Counted from the whole stretch's first letter, positions 1-12,209 are shown. The stretch: 63,698 nt of DNA, filler included, from 10 parts of 10 records of this genome joined end to end with filler, not necessarily neighbours in it, one strand, 5' to 3'. Notes: generated by a model not told the origin, from the sequence alone. Made by a program: numbers and translations.

Positions 1-473
1 AGGTTCCTCAGGTTCCTCAGGTTCCTCAGGTACAACATCGAACGAGGACACCGATGCAATGGAGAAACGAAGGAGGGAGGTGTGTGAATGTGTGGATCCT
101 GCCATGCATTGGTTACCCTTTGTTGAATAGGTGGACGAGGAACGATTGAAAACCGCTCAGAGATTGGCAGAGGCTGTGGAGGTAGGAGGAAGGAAGTTAC
201 AGAACCGAATACCATCCTCACGACCGATAGGCCCAGAAATGTGCTGAGAGGAAGCAACGGGAGGAGGTACTCGCGCGTCTACGCGATCTAGAAAGGCGAA
301 AACGTGAACTGGAGGAGGAACTCGAACGAAGACGCGAAGACTCACCCGATCAGAAGACGAGGGAAGAACCATCAGAACCACCAAGACGTCCAACGAAACG
401 CTCTCATCTGAAAAGTGTGATCGTCGTTCCCAGTACAACCGATCGTCGGCGGTGGGGGGTGAGGGAGAAGTGA
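1..473 (+). CDS. 3' part of a eukaryotic charged coiled-coil protein (2 introns; 5' truncated)
   Basis: Splicing two GT-AG introns (~80-130, ~182-230) gives (GSS)n-GTTSNEDTDAMEKRRREVDEERLK...EVLARLRDLERRKRELEEELERRRE...LKSVIVVP...REK*. No family recognised. Confidence 0.5.
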
Positions 474-524
474 AGACAATCCGAAGCCGATCCTCCAGTC
501 TCCCGTGTGTCCTTTGTGTGGAGA

Positions 525-2054
525 ATGAGACGGAACCTCTATCTGCTTCTCGTCTGTGTCTTTCTTGTTTCCTTGCACGGTCAGGAGAGTGAGGGTGAAG
601 GGGCAAGGAGGAATGAAAGTGACGCAGAGACAAGTTTCCAAGAGGGTGTGGATTTCTTTCTTCATGTAGGATAGAGAGAGAAAGAGAGCGAAGTGTTTGG
701 GGTGGCGCTCAGGGGTGTTGACGTGCAAGGACTTCTTTGATCTTGCCCTTGAGAGGTTTCATACGGCTGTACGACTGAACCCCGACGTCTCTGCCGCTTG
801 GGCGAACCTTGTACGTATTGTATGCCGCAGAGAAGGGTAGCGAGCCACCAACCCAGAGACAAGGGCATGACGTACATTGCACTGGGAGACAGTGCCCAGG
901 CAGAAGCTACCTATCTTGAGGGGCTACGCCGATTTCCACAAGATGAACAGTTGGAGGAGAATCTACGCGTCCTGCGACGACTTGAGGAGATCAAAGGCCT
1001 AGAAGAAAAGAAACGCACCGCACGAGCTGCTCAAACACACCAGGCAATGGAAACATTGATGGGTGTGCATCGGACTCAATATGAGACACTGGCGAGCCTT
1101 CTTCAGGGTGGTTCGATGAAAGATGCCCTGGCGTCTCTCTTGGATCTTCATGAGCAGCAGAAGAAACTCCAACAATACCTCTTACATCACTACGACACAC
1201 AGATGCAGGGAGAATCGGATGATCTGAAGGAAGACACACCAAACAACGACGTATTCCTTCTCCCTGCTCCTCAATTGTCCGGGCCTGTGAGTCTGGAAGA
1301 GGCCATTACACAACGACGGTCTATTCGAGACTTCTCTCAGGTGCATCCATGAGAAGGAAAGACATCCTTTGGTAGTCTAAGATCTCTCTTCAAGGAACCT
1401 GTGGCGTGGAATTTTTTATCTCAAGTCCTGTGGGCCATGGATGGGGATACACGGAATCCCGTGAAGAGAAAGCGGAATCGTTGGCGTTCTTCTCCATCTG
1501 CAGGGGGTTTGTCATCCCATGCGGAGGGAGTTTCTTCCTCTCATGTTCCCTTCAGCACTTTTCCCCCTGGAGATCTTTGTATGCCATCGCGATGGACTCT
1601 ACCAGTACATTCCTGAAGGACACAAACTCAGTCTTCATCAGGCAGGAGACATGCGGCACATTGTATGGCAGCATGGCCTGCAACAGGAGTGTCTCTATCG
1701 AGCCGATGCAATTCTCATTATCACGGCTGTGTATCGGCGATGTTCACACAAATACGGAGAACGGTACGAGTCCTCCCTCCTGTCTTACTGTATCAACCGA
1801 CTCCTCCTGTAGTGCTGAACGCTATGTCAAACTGGAGGCCGGGCATGTTGCACAAGTACGTCTTGAGGAATTCGTCCACATATTCAAGCCTCCATCCTTT
1901 GCAGAACGGCCTCCTCCAGGCTTCGGCTTTGGGGCTCGGAGCAACCCCCATTGGCGCATTCGACGACAGGGCCCTACACGAGGCATTGCACCTCCAACAA
2001 GGCTATGCCGTGCTTTATCTCATTCCCATGGGCTGGCCCCAACAGGATCACTAG
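525..2054 (+). CDS. Signal peptide + TPR + SagB/ThcOx-type nitroreductase-fold FMN oxidoreductase (6 introns)
   Basis: ATG525 MRRNLYLLLVCVFLVSLHG. Introns 666-729, 811-863, 1341-1394 and three more give TPRs (FQEGVDFFLHDFFDLALERFHTAVRLNP; AWANLGMTYIALGDSAQAEATYLEGLRRFP). These are followed by SLEEAITQRRSIRDF, RSSPSAGALFPLEIF and KYGERAERYVKLEAGHVAQNGLLQASALGLGATPIGAFDD, the canonical SagB-family motifs. Confidence 0.85.
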
Positions 2055-2080
2055 GGTTCTCTCCTTTTTTTGTACAAGGA

Positions 2081-4575
2081 TCACCCCTCTTCGCGCACAG
2101 GATCAAGACATGCCTGTATCATTCGCTCCAGTTCCGCTACTTGTATACGAACCATCTCTTCGGCACTCGCTCGTTCGGCAGCCTCCGTAGCATTGCCGTC
2201 GCATCCACTGGCTCGCACAGCTGCTAATCGCCCTTCAACTCCCTCTACGATGCGTTGTTTGTGAAGGAGCGCATCTTCTTGGGGAGAGGGTATGCAAAAG
2301 TTACGGTCAAGACCGAACACACACAGCCTGCCTGAGCTATCCCCCTATTGAAGACAGACAGAGTATGACTGACTAACTGCCCGACCACAGCAAGTGGAGG
2401 CGCACCGTGGCAGCAAGGTCACGTTCACGAGGATTGAATGCAACACTCAAGATCGGCTCCTTTTTCGGATCAACTTCCACACTCAACAGGGGGGCCATAC
2501 GGCTTCGCTGGTGTCACGACAAGGAATTCATCAAAATGACGGAGAGTGAGATGATCCCACAAACCTGTAGATCATAGACTACTAGACGTCCATCCCCTGA
2601 TCCCACGGCAAATACGAGTGGCCGCACGTTGGACCACGCCAAACCGTAGAGACCCGCGGAAGATGGCTCAAACGATGCAAGTGGTCGTGCCTGGAAGTGT
2701 ATTTCGCGTGAGGGGAAAAGGGCCGTACACACAAGACACAACCTGAAGACGATCGTAGATGTGAATTCGGCCATCACTGCTTGTCGAAGCAAACAGATTG
2801 CGAAGAAACGGGGAACATTCCATCCCGTGAACGGGACCCATGTGGGGATGGAACGAAAAACTCACCGCACCCCCGAAAAAATGAGGTACCTAACACGTGT
2901 GGTCACGGATTCTCATCTTGTCCAACAACATGGCCCACAAAACCTGCTTATGGGCCTCCAACACACTCGCTACGCTGATCTCAGCCAACCGTCGTTGTGT
3001 TGCATAGCTTTCCGTGCGAACCTACCATTCTATCATCCCCCCGCCCCCTTGATCACTCACACACCACATGGCCGTACCTTGACTTCCATGGCCTCGCGTG
3101 GAGGCAGACTTCCCACAAGAACTTGAGCATCCCGTCTCCATACCATACCTCCGTGTTCTATCCCCTTGATTTCACCCCGCCGGATCACACAACGATGCAC
3201 ACCCCCACTTTCCGTCCCCACAACAAAGGTGCCCCAATCTTTGCGCGAAAAAGAGAGTGATGTTCCACCCATTGGTGGGGTCCGATCCACACTTGAGAAA
3301 CTGTCACGCAGTTCAACTCTGGAACAATGTAAAGATCCAAAGATCCGAAGATCCGAAATCCACAAGAAGAGAAGGAAGGCACAAACCCAAACACAGGGAA
3401 GGCGAGACGGTTCTCCTCGGTCCAAAACAGCACCTTTCCATCTCCTGCTACACTCACAATCTACATACAGGATGAATCAATATGGGTCTGATTCGCTGCC
3501 ATCCCCGGCACACGTCACCTTGTACACGTGCGTTTCGTGGTCAAATAACCAGGTGACCTGTGCGCAGAATGATTCCCACAGGCGGAACACGGTACTCCGA
3601 TTCCTACTTTGGCAATGAATTCTCGATGAAGATGTTCAGCCGTCCGAGATGGCGATACAATGGGTTCCTCGGACACGGCGAAGTTCCACAACAGGATCTC
3701 TCCTAGAAATCACATCACACTCCCATCATCCATAGCACACTTCGCACTTCACACCATTATACGATCCGGCAACCAGAATTCCCGGATTCTCCGGATGAAA
3801 AGCAAGGCACATAAGACAGTTCTGCCTCTGATTCATCACCTTCCCAGTCCCAAGATGTCCCTCCTTACCAACAACAAACAACAACACACCTGCGTCTCAA
3901 TCCGTCTATCGGCTGTGTTGGGATCGATACGGTGTCGGGCTACGTTCCAGGTACACAGCACACCTACGTGATCACACCAACTTTCATGATCGATCCGTCC
4001 AAATCTGTCCATGGTAAAGTAGACGCGGGGCAGAAAGGAAGGGAAGAGGATACGATCCCGCCACTGTTGTTCCCAGGGCATTCCATCCCACTCCCGTGCA
4101 CACAAGAGACGGATCCATGTGTACGTCACGAAGTGCATGGAGACGACCACACGGTGCACCATCGTCCCAGCCCCACTCTACCAAATCGAACTCGGGTGCC
4201 GCACGCAGGTTCTTCTCCATTTGTGCTTCGACAAGGGGTCCTGCATGGGCAAGAAAGCGAGATACAGCCCCAGAAGTGATGCCTACAGGGGCTATCAGAG
4301 ACGTGCGCGCCCTGTACTGCTGACTCCAAACCATCATCGAGCGCCGTGGGGTGCACCTGCGCCTGGACCTGTTGTCCCTTCTCTCAGCACGCCGATGACA
4401 GGGCAACGACAAGAACCAACACACGCACGCTCGCGTCCGCATGAGTCCCGACTTGTGTTGGAGTCTCACGGGTGTCGATCGGTGTCGTCTGCACTGTAGC
4501 CTCTTCCACAACACGACGGGACCGCCACGTCGAGTCCACGGAAGCCTCTACCCCCTCCCAGTCCTCAAACACCAT
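2081..4575 (-). CDS. WDR34: WD40 dynein-2 (IFT dynein) intermediate chain WDR34/FAP133/DYNC2I2 (~13 introns)
   Basis: Spliced product: MVFEDW...VDSTW, QT motifs, WNALGTTVAGSFGRIDHESWC, CLAFHPENPGILVAGSYNGE, SVAGDGKVLFW, FVVGTESGGV, HMGPVHGMECSPFLRNLFASTSSDG, LAWSNVRPLVFAVG, ATGDSSG. Confidence 0.85.
4005..4053 (-). other. Putative U12-type (minor) GT-AG intron, 49 nt
   Basis: Donor GTATCCTCTT; branch-like CTACTTTAC 9 nt before the 3' end. Removal restores the conserved VAGS|FGRIDH motif. Confidence 0.7.
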
Positions 4576-4719
4576 TGGCGACGAATGAGAGATGTGATGT
4601 CGTTTGATTTGGTATGTGGGATCAGAGTGCATGGAACCCATTGGATCTATGTTCGTCCCGATCGGGGTGTGGAATCTATTCATCTCTTTAGATAGGCAGA
4701 TAGCAACAGCGAATTCAGA

Positions 4720-5174
4720 TCAACGACGACGAGGCACAAGCAGAGCGCCTATGATTATACCCACACCCACACTCACAGCCATGGGAATACCAAGCGCACG
4801 ATGGGCACTCCAATCTGTCGTCACAGCCTCTCCTAGAGAGTCAATACTTGTAGCGATCCGCTCCAGAGCGGCCAACAAGGATCGATCAAGGGTCCCTTCT
4901 GCCATATCCTCTACCACACGATCCTCGACTGCCTGCAAACGTCTCTGTAGATGAGTCGATTGTTCCACGAGGTAGGATACGTCTAGGGGGGGATGAATCA
5001 GACAGACGAAACCCACTGATCCAACCAACCAATCGCACACCGTCGCGAAGGAGAGACGCCTTCGGATCAACACGTTCCAATGGTGATGGAGCCTCGAATT
5101 GAGGTGGTTCGTTGTCCGGTTGTAAGCGTTCAGGTCTATCAGGCGACTCCTCCTCCTCCTCCTCCTCCTCCTCC
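4720..5174 (-). CDS. 3' part of a eukaryotic tail-anchored membrane protein (poly-E, coiled coil, C-terminal TM + RRR)
   Basis: One GT-AG intron; ends ...ALGIPMAVSVGVGIIIGALLVPRRR*. The (CCT)n microsatellite at the contig end encodes poly-Glu. Confidence 0.5.
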
Positions 5175-5274
5175 NNNNNNNNNNNNNNNNNNNNNNNNNN
5201 NNNNNNNNNNNNNNNNNNTTAATTAATTAANNNNNNNNNNNNNNNNNNNNNNNNNNNNNNNNNNNNNNNNNNNN
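5175..5274. other. Artificial contig-joining spacer (N44-TTAATTAATTAA-N44); identical copies at 10838-10937, 18923-19022, 24045-24144, 31361-31460, 36473-36572, 42712-42811, 51348-51447, 56502-56601
   Basis: Same 100-bp pad with stops in all six frames. Base composition, gene structure and taxonomic style change across spacers, and genes are cut at them. Confidence 0.98.
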
Positions 5275-8200
5275 GTACACCGTCCTCCTTACTTGAGCCT
5301 GGGCTATCGGGGGAAACGGGTGCTATGGCCGATCTGAAGAACTCAAAACATCAGACACACAACCACAGGGGAAGATCTCTGCTCCCACTTACTTTCGCTT
5401 TGCTCGCACAGTGTAGGAATGAGCTACAGCTTCCACAAGATCGTGGGGTGGAAGCTATACGCGCGCTGTCTGTGAGGAACAACGAAGCAAACACAACCCA
5501 TTCCGCACATCACGGTCCTCGCGCTTCTCCAAGTTACGCAGTTTCACCGTCCCAGATGTGTGATACACCTTTTCCTTGATGATTACCTTGGTGGGGTCGT
5601 GTGTCACAACGAATTCCACCCAGACAGAGCAGGACGACACCCACCATCCATGTAATCCCATTGGAACGACAATAATCGGTCAACTCATCCAGTGTGGTTG
5701 GTTCGGAATACACCACCTCAGCCTTGGAGCAGAGGGGTCAGTCAGGGCCAGGACAAGAGGGCAGATCCCTCTCTGCAACCTTGATTCCGGCCTTCCAAAA
5801 TCGCAAACCAATCATCAAGCGAACATCTTCCATACGCTCCTCCGCAGAGCACACAAGAACGTCCACTGTAGGGGAACCCCCATGCCCAGCTTGCTAGAGA
5901 AGTTGTGAGCCGAGCGGGGGAGGAGACGATCTCACACCAGGACCCACCTTCAATCCTGACATGATGTTGTGGACGGAGATACTCACACCAACGGCATGGG
6001 CAGGCGCTCCCGCAGGCGTGTTGGGAGGGCGGAATTTGGTGATCAAACTGTCATAACGACCCCCCTAGTAGACGGAACAATCCACACTCAAGCGAAAAAC
6101 AACAATAACAACAACGCTAGACGTACCACGGCAATGGGATCAATTGTGCCACCACGCTTTGCGTAGACCTGGAACATGATACCCGAGTAGAGCGAGACGT
6201 TGTGCACAACGCCCAAGTCTACGATGACATTTCCCGCCTCCAGTTCTTTGAGGATATACAACAGAGCCTGCGAAACAGAAACATCGTTATCATTTGAAGG
6301 AGGTGAGCGGGGTCGGCGTGCCTTCAGCTCGTCAATCGCCGCCTTTGCCACCTCATCTCTGTCGCCGTGTACGAATCATGAAAACAGCAACGACGAAATG
6401 CATCTACGTACCCTCTCAAAGCCTTTAGGAGTCGATCCAGCACATCATTGGGAGCACCCTTGCAAGTCAAAACACGTGAGTTGACAACATCAATCGAGAA
6501 AAGAGAGAAAAAAAGAAGAACCTTGATGTGAAGGAAGCCTTCCAAACGATCGACTGATGTGCGTTCAATTCCATTCTGTGTCATCAATCGTCTGATATTG
6601 ACCCATGTCCGCTAGAAGTGTGTTCCAGGCACATATATGATTGATTGACAAATAACAATACGAAATAAGATACCTTGGCTGTCGAAACGAGATTGATAAG
6701 TTGGCACACCTCTCGCCGCCGCTCTCTGGGTATTTCACACGCATCCAAGACCCCATTCAATAGTTTCACATGACTCAACTATGGTTTAACGAAATCTAGT
6801 GAGATCGAGAAGAGCAAAGGGCTCATACCATCAGAAACCGACGGCCCAGGGCTGGAAAGGCTTCAAGAATCTCAACAACAACTCGCAACACCTCTGCATC
6901 CGCTACCAAGGGTCCCGTCTTCCCCACAATATCAAAATCACATTCTACAAACTCCTTGGGGGGGCCTCCATGTACATTTCGTCTGCCGACGTCCATGAGG
7001 GAACTCGCTCACACTCTCACAGGGGATCCCTACCGAAAGATTCGTGCGATGGAATATCGCTTCAGTAACGTAATCTGCCAATTCAAATGTGTTGGGCGGC
7101 GGAACAGAAGGACCAAGTCAAAACGAACCTGATTCCGTGCGACGTATCGTGCAAACGGAACCGTTAGATCGTAGGGAAGAGCCACAAGATCGCCCATTTC
7201 GTCCATGAACGTAGCAAGGCCTGATTGGCTCGCTATGCGACTCTGATAGGTGGACAACCACTCAGAACGAAAGCTGAGAAGGGGATACATGCCTTGGGAA
7301 TCATCAGGGGCGTATTCAGCTCGAGGGCACCGTGTCGCTTGCACACTTTCACCATATGGCTGACGATTTGATTCCAGAGAGACGTGTCACTGGTCACAAA
7401 TTTCTTCGCGGACTGTAGACGCCTTCATCGGTATCACGCACACACGCTACCATCTCCGGCAAACCTTATAATCGTATGCAAAATCGGCTGTATCGTTATC
7501 ACTACGAGAAAAGAGAGACACAAGAAGGCGGGGGAACAGTCCTTGGTCCGGATTCGTCATGGTGTGAATCATATCTTGGACATATTCGTCCCCCTAATCT
7601 CGTACGGATGAGAAGTGGTACCATAGGACACCTCGAACACCACGCACAAAAGGAATGAGATCACTTCGCAGAAGGTCGATGGCAGTGGGTCGGTGTGACG
7701 GGTCCCTCTTGACCAGCCACTTGATCAGCTCACTCTTCTTCTGGTGCATGCGTTCGAACTCCTCCGGCAGTGTCCCATAACGTTTGAGATCCGAAATCGT
7801 CTGAAGGGAAAGTTAGCGATGGGGCTCGGGAGAGAGAGAGAGCCAGGGAAACCCCAAACCTGGATGCGCTCCATCTGGGTCCCAAACGGAAGACACATCT
7901 CAAGGAAAATGATACCCAGACTGAAAATGTCCACCTGGCTCCGAGATGAGAGGAGAGAAGAGGACAATGAAAGTCATCCACCAACTTCCTACGCACTCGT
8001 TGATCATACTTTGCCCCTTCTTCAACTTCGGGGCTGGCGTAGAGCGGTGTACCAATTTGGCCTGTTGCATTTCGTGGTGCGCCATCACTCTGCACATCTC
8101 CACACACATCCTCCAAGAAATCAAAGGCCTTGCCTCCCGGTGCATATTTGGGAGAGAGGAGATTGATGTTATGAGGGGCCGCCAATCCAAAGTCACCAAT

Positions 8201-10837
8201 CTTCACATCCCCCGCTGTGTCCATAAAGATGTTACTAGGCTTTAGATCACGATGAATAATCCCTGGGTTCGTTGTGAGGACAACGGAGCACAACAAGACC
8301 AACCCTACCTTTGCTATGAATGTGGACTAATCCTTCCACAATTTGACGGAAGAAGCGCCAGATTTCACTTTCATCTGTTGTTGAAGTGCCTTCTTCAATC
8401 ACCTTTTGTAGAAACAGCCGTGTTGGGAAGGCAGGCAACACCACAGACATACGGATCACCCACGCACCGTACGAAGGGTCTTCTTCGTGCAATACTCCAT
8501 CTGAATGTAAAGCCAGGGGGCAGGTCCCGTCGGAGGACTATCACTCTGAAAGGAGACCATCCCATCAGGGTGGTGGGAGTGGGGGTGGGGGGGAACATAC
8601 ATCGTCACCAGTGCTCGAAGATGAAGGATCCTCACTTGTTTCTGTTGGTCCTGTTGGACGTGTGCCAAAGTTCGTGATAAACCCGCCGCCCTCGGCAAAG
8701 GAGGGAAAGTTGGCCTCCAGGGGTTTAGGGGGATTTCGAAAGGAGAATCCTTCATGGAAGAGATGAGTTACGGTACGAGGAACCGGGGTGTGAAACGTAC
8801 CCTTACTGGAGGACATCCAGTCACCCTCATCGCCAGCGGAGTCATCCTCTTCCTCATCGGCGTCCATTACTGTTTCCATGTCAGAGAAGGCACTTCCACC
8901 TCACCCTCACACCTACCGGATGAAGCCTCGCCACCTTCAATCCACGCTTGATAATAGCGCACGACGAACTGATGGTGAAGCCGTGAGAGAAACAGTACCT
9001 CACGAAGGATCTTGGCGTTCAAAGCCTGTTCCGAGGAAAGGGGGATGTTGAGGACACACACCTCACGTGCCTCACACCACCAACCTTGTCTTTCGGATCC
9101 AAGCGGACTTTCTTAATGGCGTAGAAACGTCCATCAAGCTTATTCTTCGCCTACCATTCGTACACGTATAAGAAACAAAGAGGTTGTGTGCACACACCAC
9201 ACGGACCTTCACAACATCACCAAAAGCCCCATGACCGATTGACTCAATTTCCTCAAAATCATTGCGATATCGCGACTGAGCAGGAGCCCTTGGCTAAATG
9301 CAACCAGTAGTGGGCATCCCATGTCCATGTAGCACACACACGAACCAAAGAATCTTCAGCATCATCCACTTCCGACACACAAATCGTCGAGAACAGATCG
9401 TCTGACTCTGTATCTGACACACATCATTGGTACAACAAACACCAATACAACATGGCGCACCTTTTGATTGTGCTGCTAGAAGCGCCGTATTCGGTTTCCG
9501 TGGTACATCAACGCAAAAAGGATGAGACAACAACTGAGTGGCACTGGGACGGTTGTGGGGATCGCTTTGGATGTTCTGATGTCAACAAGAGTAGATAGAA
9601 CATCACATTCATCCCCTCACCGCGTGAAGCATTTCAGACAGAAGTCGCGGGCTTCGTCGGACATGGTGTCAGGGAAAGACGACATGGGGTCTTGCCCGCG
9701 TCCAATGTTAATGATCACCTTGGTTGGAGGATGTCAGCCAGTACGCGGCACACAAGACGACGTATCCCTAACCTGGTTCATGTGCTCTAGGTTGTGAAAG
9801 GGGAAGTGTCCTGTGGCCATTTCAATTACCGTGCACCCGAGAGACCAGACATCACAGTGTCGCCCGTATCCATCCTGCCGAACGACCTCTGGTGCCATCC
9901 TGTGTTGTATCGCACGAGAATGAAAAGGGGAAAGGGAAAGAAAAGGGGGAACCAACGCACCATCGTGGCGTCCCGCGGACCGATTTGAGCATCCCCGACC
10001 AGTCTATCCACAACGAAACCCATGAATGAGCCATCCTCCCTTCACCCCAACATACCCTCTGTACGATTCATCTTCTTGGAGGTTCCAAAGTCGGCAAGTT
10101 TCACGTGTCCATTCGAATCTAGAAGGAGATTGCCTCCCTTGATATCTGTGGGATGGGAATTCAATATCAAAGAGGCCGTGCATACGCACACATACATACC
10201 TCGGTGAACAATGCCTTGAGAGTGAAGGTACTCCAATCCCATCAAGATCTGTCTGGTATAGCATCGAATAACCGATTCTTCAAGTCGTGGGGGATGGAGC
10301 TTACTCATCAGGGAGGAGATTGATCCGCATGGCATGTATCTATTCATCGAGTGAGGATTGCAGGCATCGAGTGGGTGCCACATACTCCATCAGGACGGTT
10401 AATGTGCGACAGGGACCAGACGACATCTCCGTGCCAAGGTAACGGACAATGTGTGGATGTTGGAGATTTCGCATCAAATTAACCTCTTCGCACACTTTGG
10501 CGAGCTGGATGCAACAGGCATTACACGCAAAGAGTCGTGTGTAAACAAACGCACTTCAACTTCCAGAAACTCCATTCGATGAACCCCAGGATCAGGAACG
10601 GAGATCTGTTTCGCTGCCAGCATCTAATATGCACACAACACAATGACGAATCGCGATAATGAAGGAAAAGCGTACTTCGCCTGTGTCCAGATTCATTCCC
10701 AGAAAGACCTTTCCCACTTGTCCCTGTCCCAGGAGTTCGCCACGCTGCCATCGAATCTTTCCACATTCCCTGCGACAATGCAGTCTTAGTTCTGAAACAA
10801 CATACACAAGGGCGGGACAAACTGGACAAGGCGTTGG
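5275..10837 (-). CDS. GCN2: eIF2-alpha kinase GCN2 (MAP3K-like kinase domain + eIF2a kinase + HisRS-like + anticodon-binding-like), ~28 introns, cut at both contig ends
   Basis: [60 protein letters not shown], acidic insert, [35 protein letters not shown]. Then HisRS-like [39 protein letters not shown]. Confidence 0.9.
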
Positions 10838-10937
10838 NNNNNNNNNNNNNNNNNNNNNNNNNNNNNNNNNNNNNNNNNNNNTTAATTAATTAANNNNNNN
10901 NNNNNNNNNNNNNNNNNNNNNNNNNNNNNNNNNNNNN

Positions 10938-11799
10938 TCGGCGATACCGTTGTCCAGCCACCAGTCGACCGTATTGCGCAGGGGCACTGCCGCGCTGATG
11001 CCAGGCGCTAGTTCCGGCTGAAGCAGCACGTGGTCCGCAATCATGTGGAGCACACAACTAACCGGATCGCTGACCACATTGTTGGAAAGCAGTCCGGGTG
11101 GTGCCGATTGGGTGCGACCCGGTTCGCCCCATTGGGAACTCGGCTGCAGCATATTAAACCAGCCGCGGCGGATTGCGCGCCACACATTGACATCATCAAA
11201 ACCCGGGGGCATGGGCAGCCACACGGGGTCGAGAGTAAAGATCATATCCGATGTTCCATCACACCCAACGGGCCATTCGAGCCGGAGATCGATGGTGTGC
11301 TCCCTGACCCGACTGCCCAAAAGTGCGGCACGTACACCCTCATGACCGTTGGCTGACAGCCTCATCTGCCCAAAATCCGGGGTGTTTATTATGCCTGGCA
11401 GTTGCATTTCATTGCAGCCCGTCCAGTCCGCGGGAAGGAAAGTAGTAGCCGCTACTCGAGGATTGAAGGGAAAACCAACCGCAGCCGCGTAACCGCGGAA
11501 TCGGTGGTATGCACGTGGATTGTGATAGTCGCGCCGTCTTGGTTGACAGACCAGTGCGATTGCAATCCATCCGCAGGAACAGATGTCCACCCGCCGTCCG
11601 ACAGTACATACAGTGAAATCGGGGCGTAAAGCAGATTCAACGCTGCGCGATCGCCCCCTTCGGTATCCCAGCTCAGAAACGTGATGGGCTGCGCACTGCT
11701 GTCTCCCCGCAATACAGTAACCGGATCGCCCTGTGGCACATTCACGCCGTACAGTAGTGATGCGGTGTACAAAAACAAGAGTATCAATGCTGATGGCAT
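10938..11799 (-). CDS. Secreted hypothetical protein, possibly glycoside-hydrolase-like (one -1 frameshift near 11470; runs off contig)
   Basis: Signal peptide MPSALILLFLYTASLLYG. The frame ending VFPSILE* continues as FPFNPRVAAT...WFNMLQPSSQWG...NNVVSDPVS if one C is restored. Confidence 0.55.
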
Positions 11800-11885
11800 G
11801 GCCTGGTTCCTTTCCCAATAACTAAATATGTTATTCTTATTTTAATCCCATCTGAAGTGACAGAGCCATTCTTTTCTAAGCCAGG

Positions 11886-11967
11886 CTCTAACAACAAAAT
11901 TTAACCAGTGCAGCGGTGGAATGGATGAAGGAAAGGAAGCTACATCTGGTTCCTGTTTGGGTTAGTA
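11886..11967 (-). mobile_element. Integron attC-like recombination site
   Basis: TACTAAC-CCAAA-CAGGAACCAGATGTAGC...GCTGCACTGGTTAAATTTTGTT-GTTAGAG: AAC/GTT cores with imperfect inner pairing; 82 bp. Confidence 0.55.
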
Positions 11968-12209
11968 TTTGAAATCCATTCTATATTTTTGATCGAACAT
12001 TCACTTATAACAAATGAATAAAATATAAAAAAGAAATTGTATTTCAATGATAATACTTTAAAAATCAAGGATAAAATATAAGTTGAATTAAAAAACCAAA
12101 TTGAATATTTTTGATTATATGTCCTTGATTTTCTTTAAAAATCTTGACCATTTTCATACTTTATCTCTCCGCAAAAAAACGCCATGCGTTAAGTTCGGCA
12201 AAAAACCAC

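Noticed and set aside
1-30. (AGGTTCCTC)n, (CCT)n at 5148-5174 and (AC)n at 31461-31485 as telomeric or CRISPR repeats
   Set aside because: Short microsatellites in coding or intron sequence at contig ends, with no spacers.
525-2054. SagB gene as part of a RiPP (azole) cluster
   Set aside because: No YcaO, precursor peptide or transporter nearby; neighbours are unrelated eukaryotic genes.
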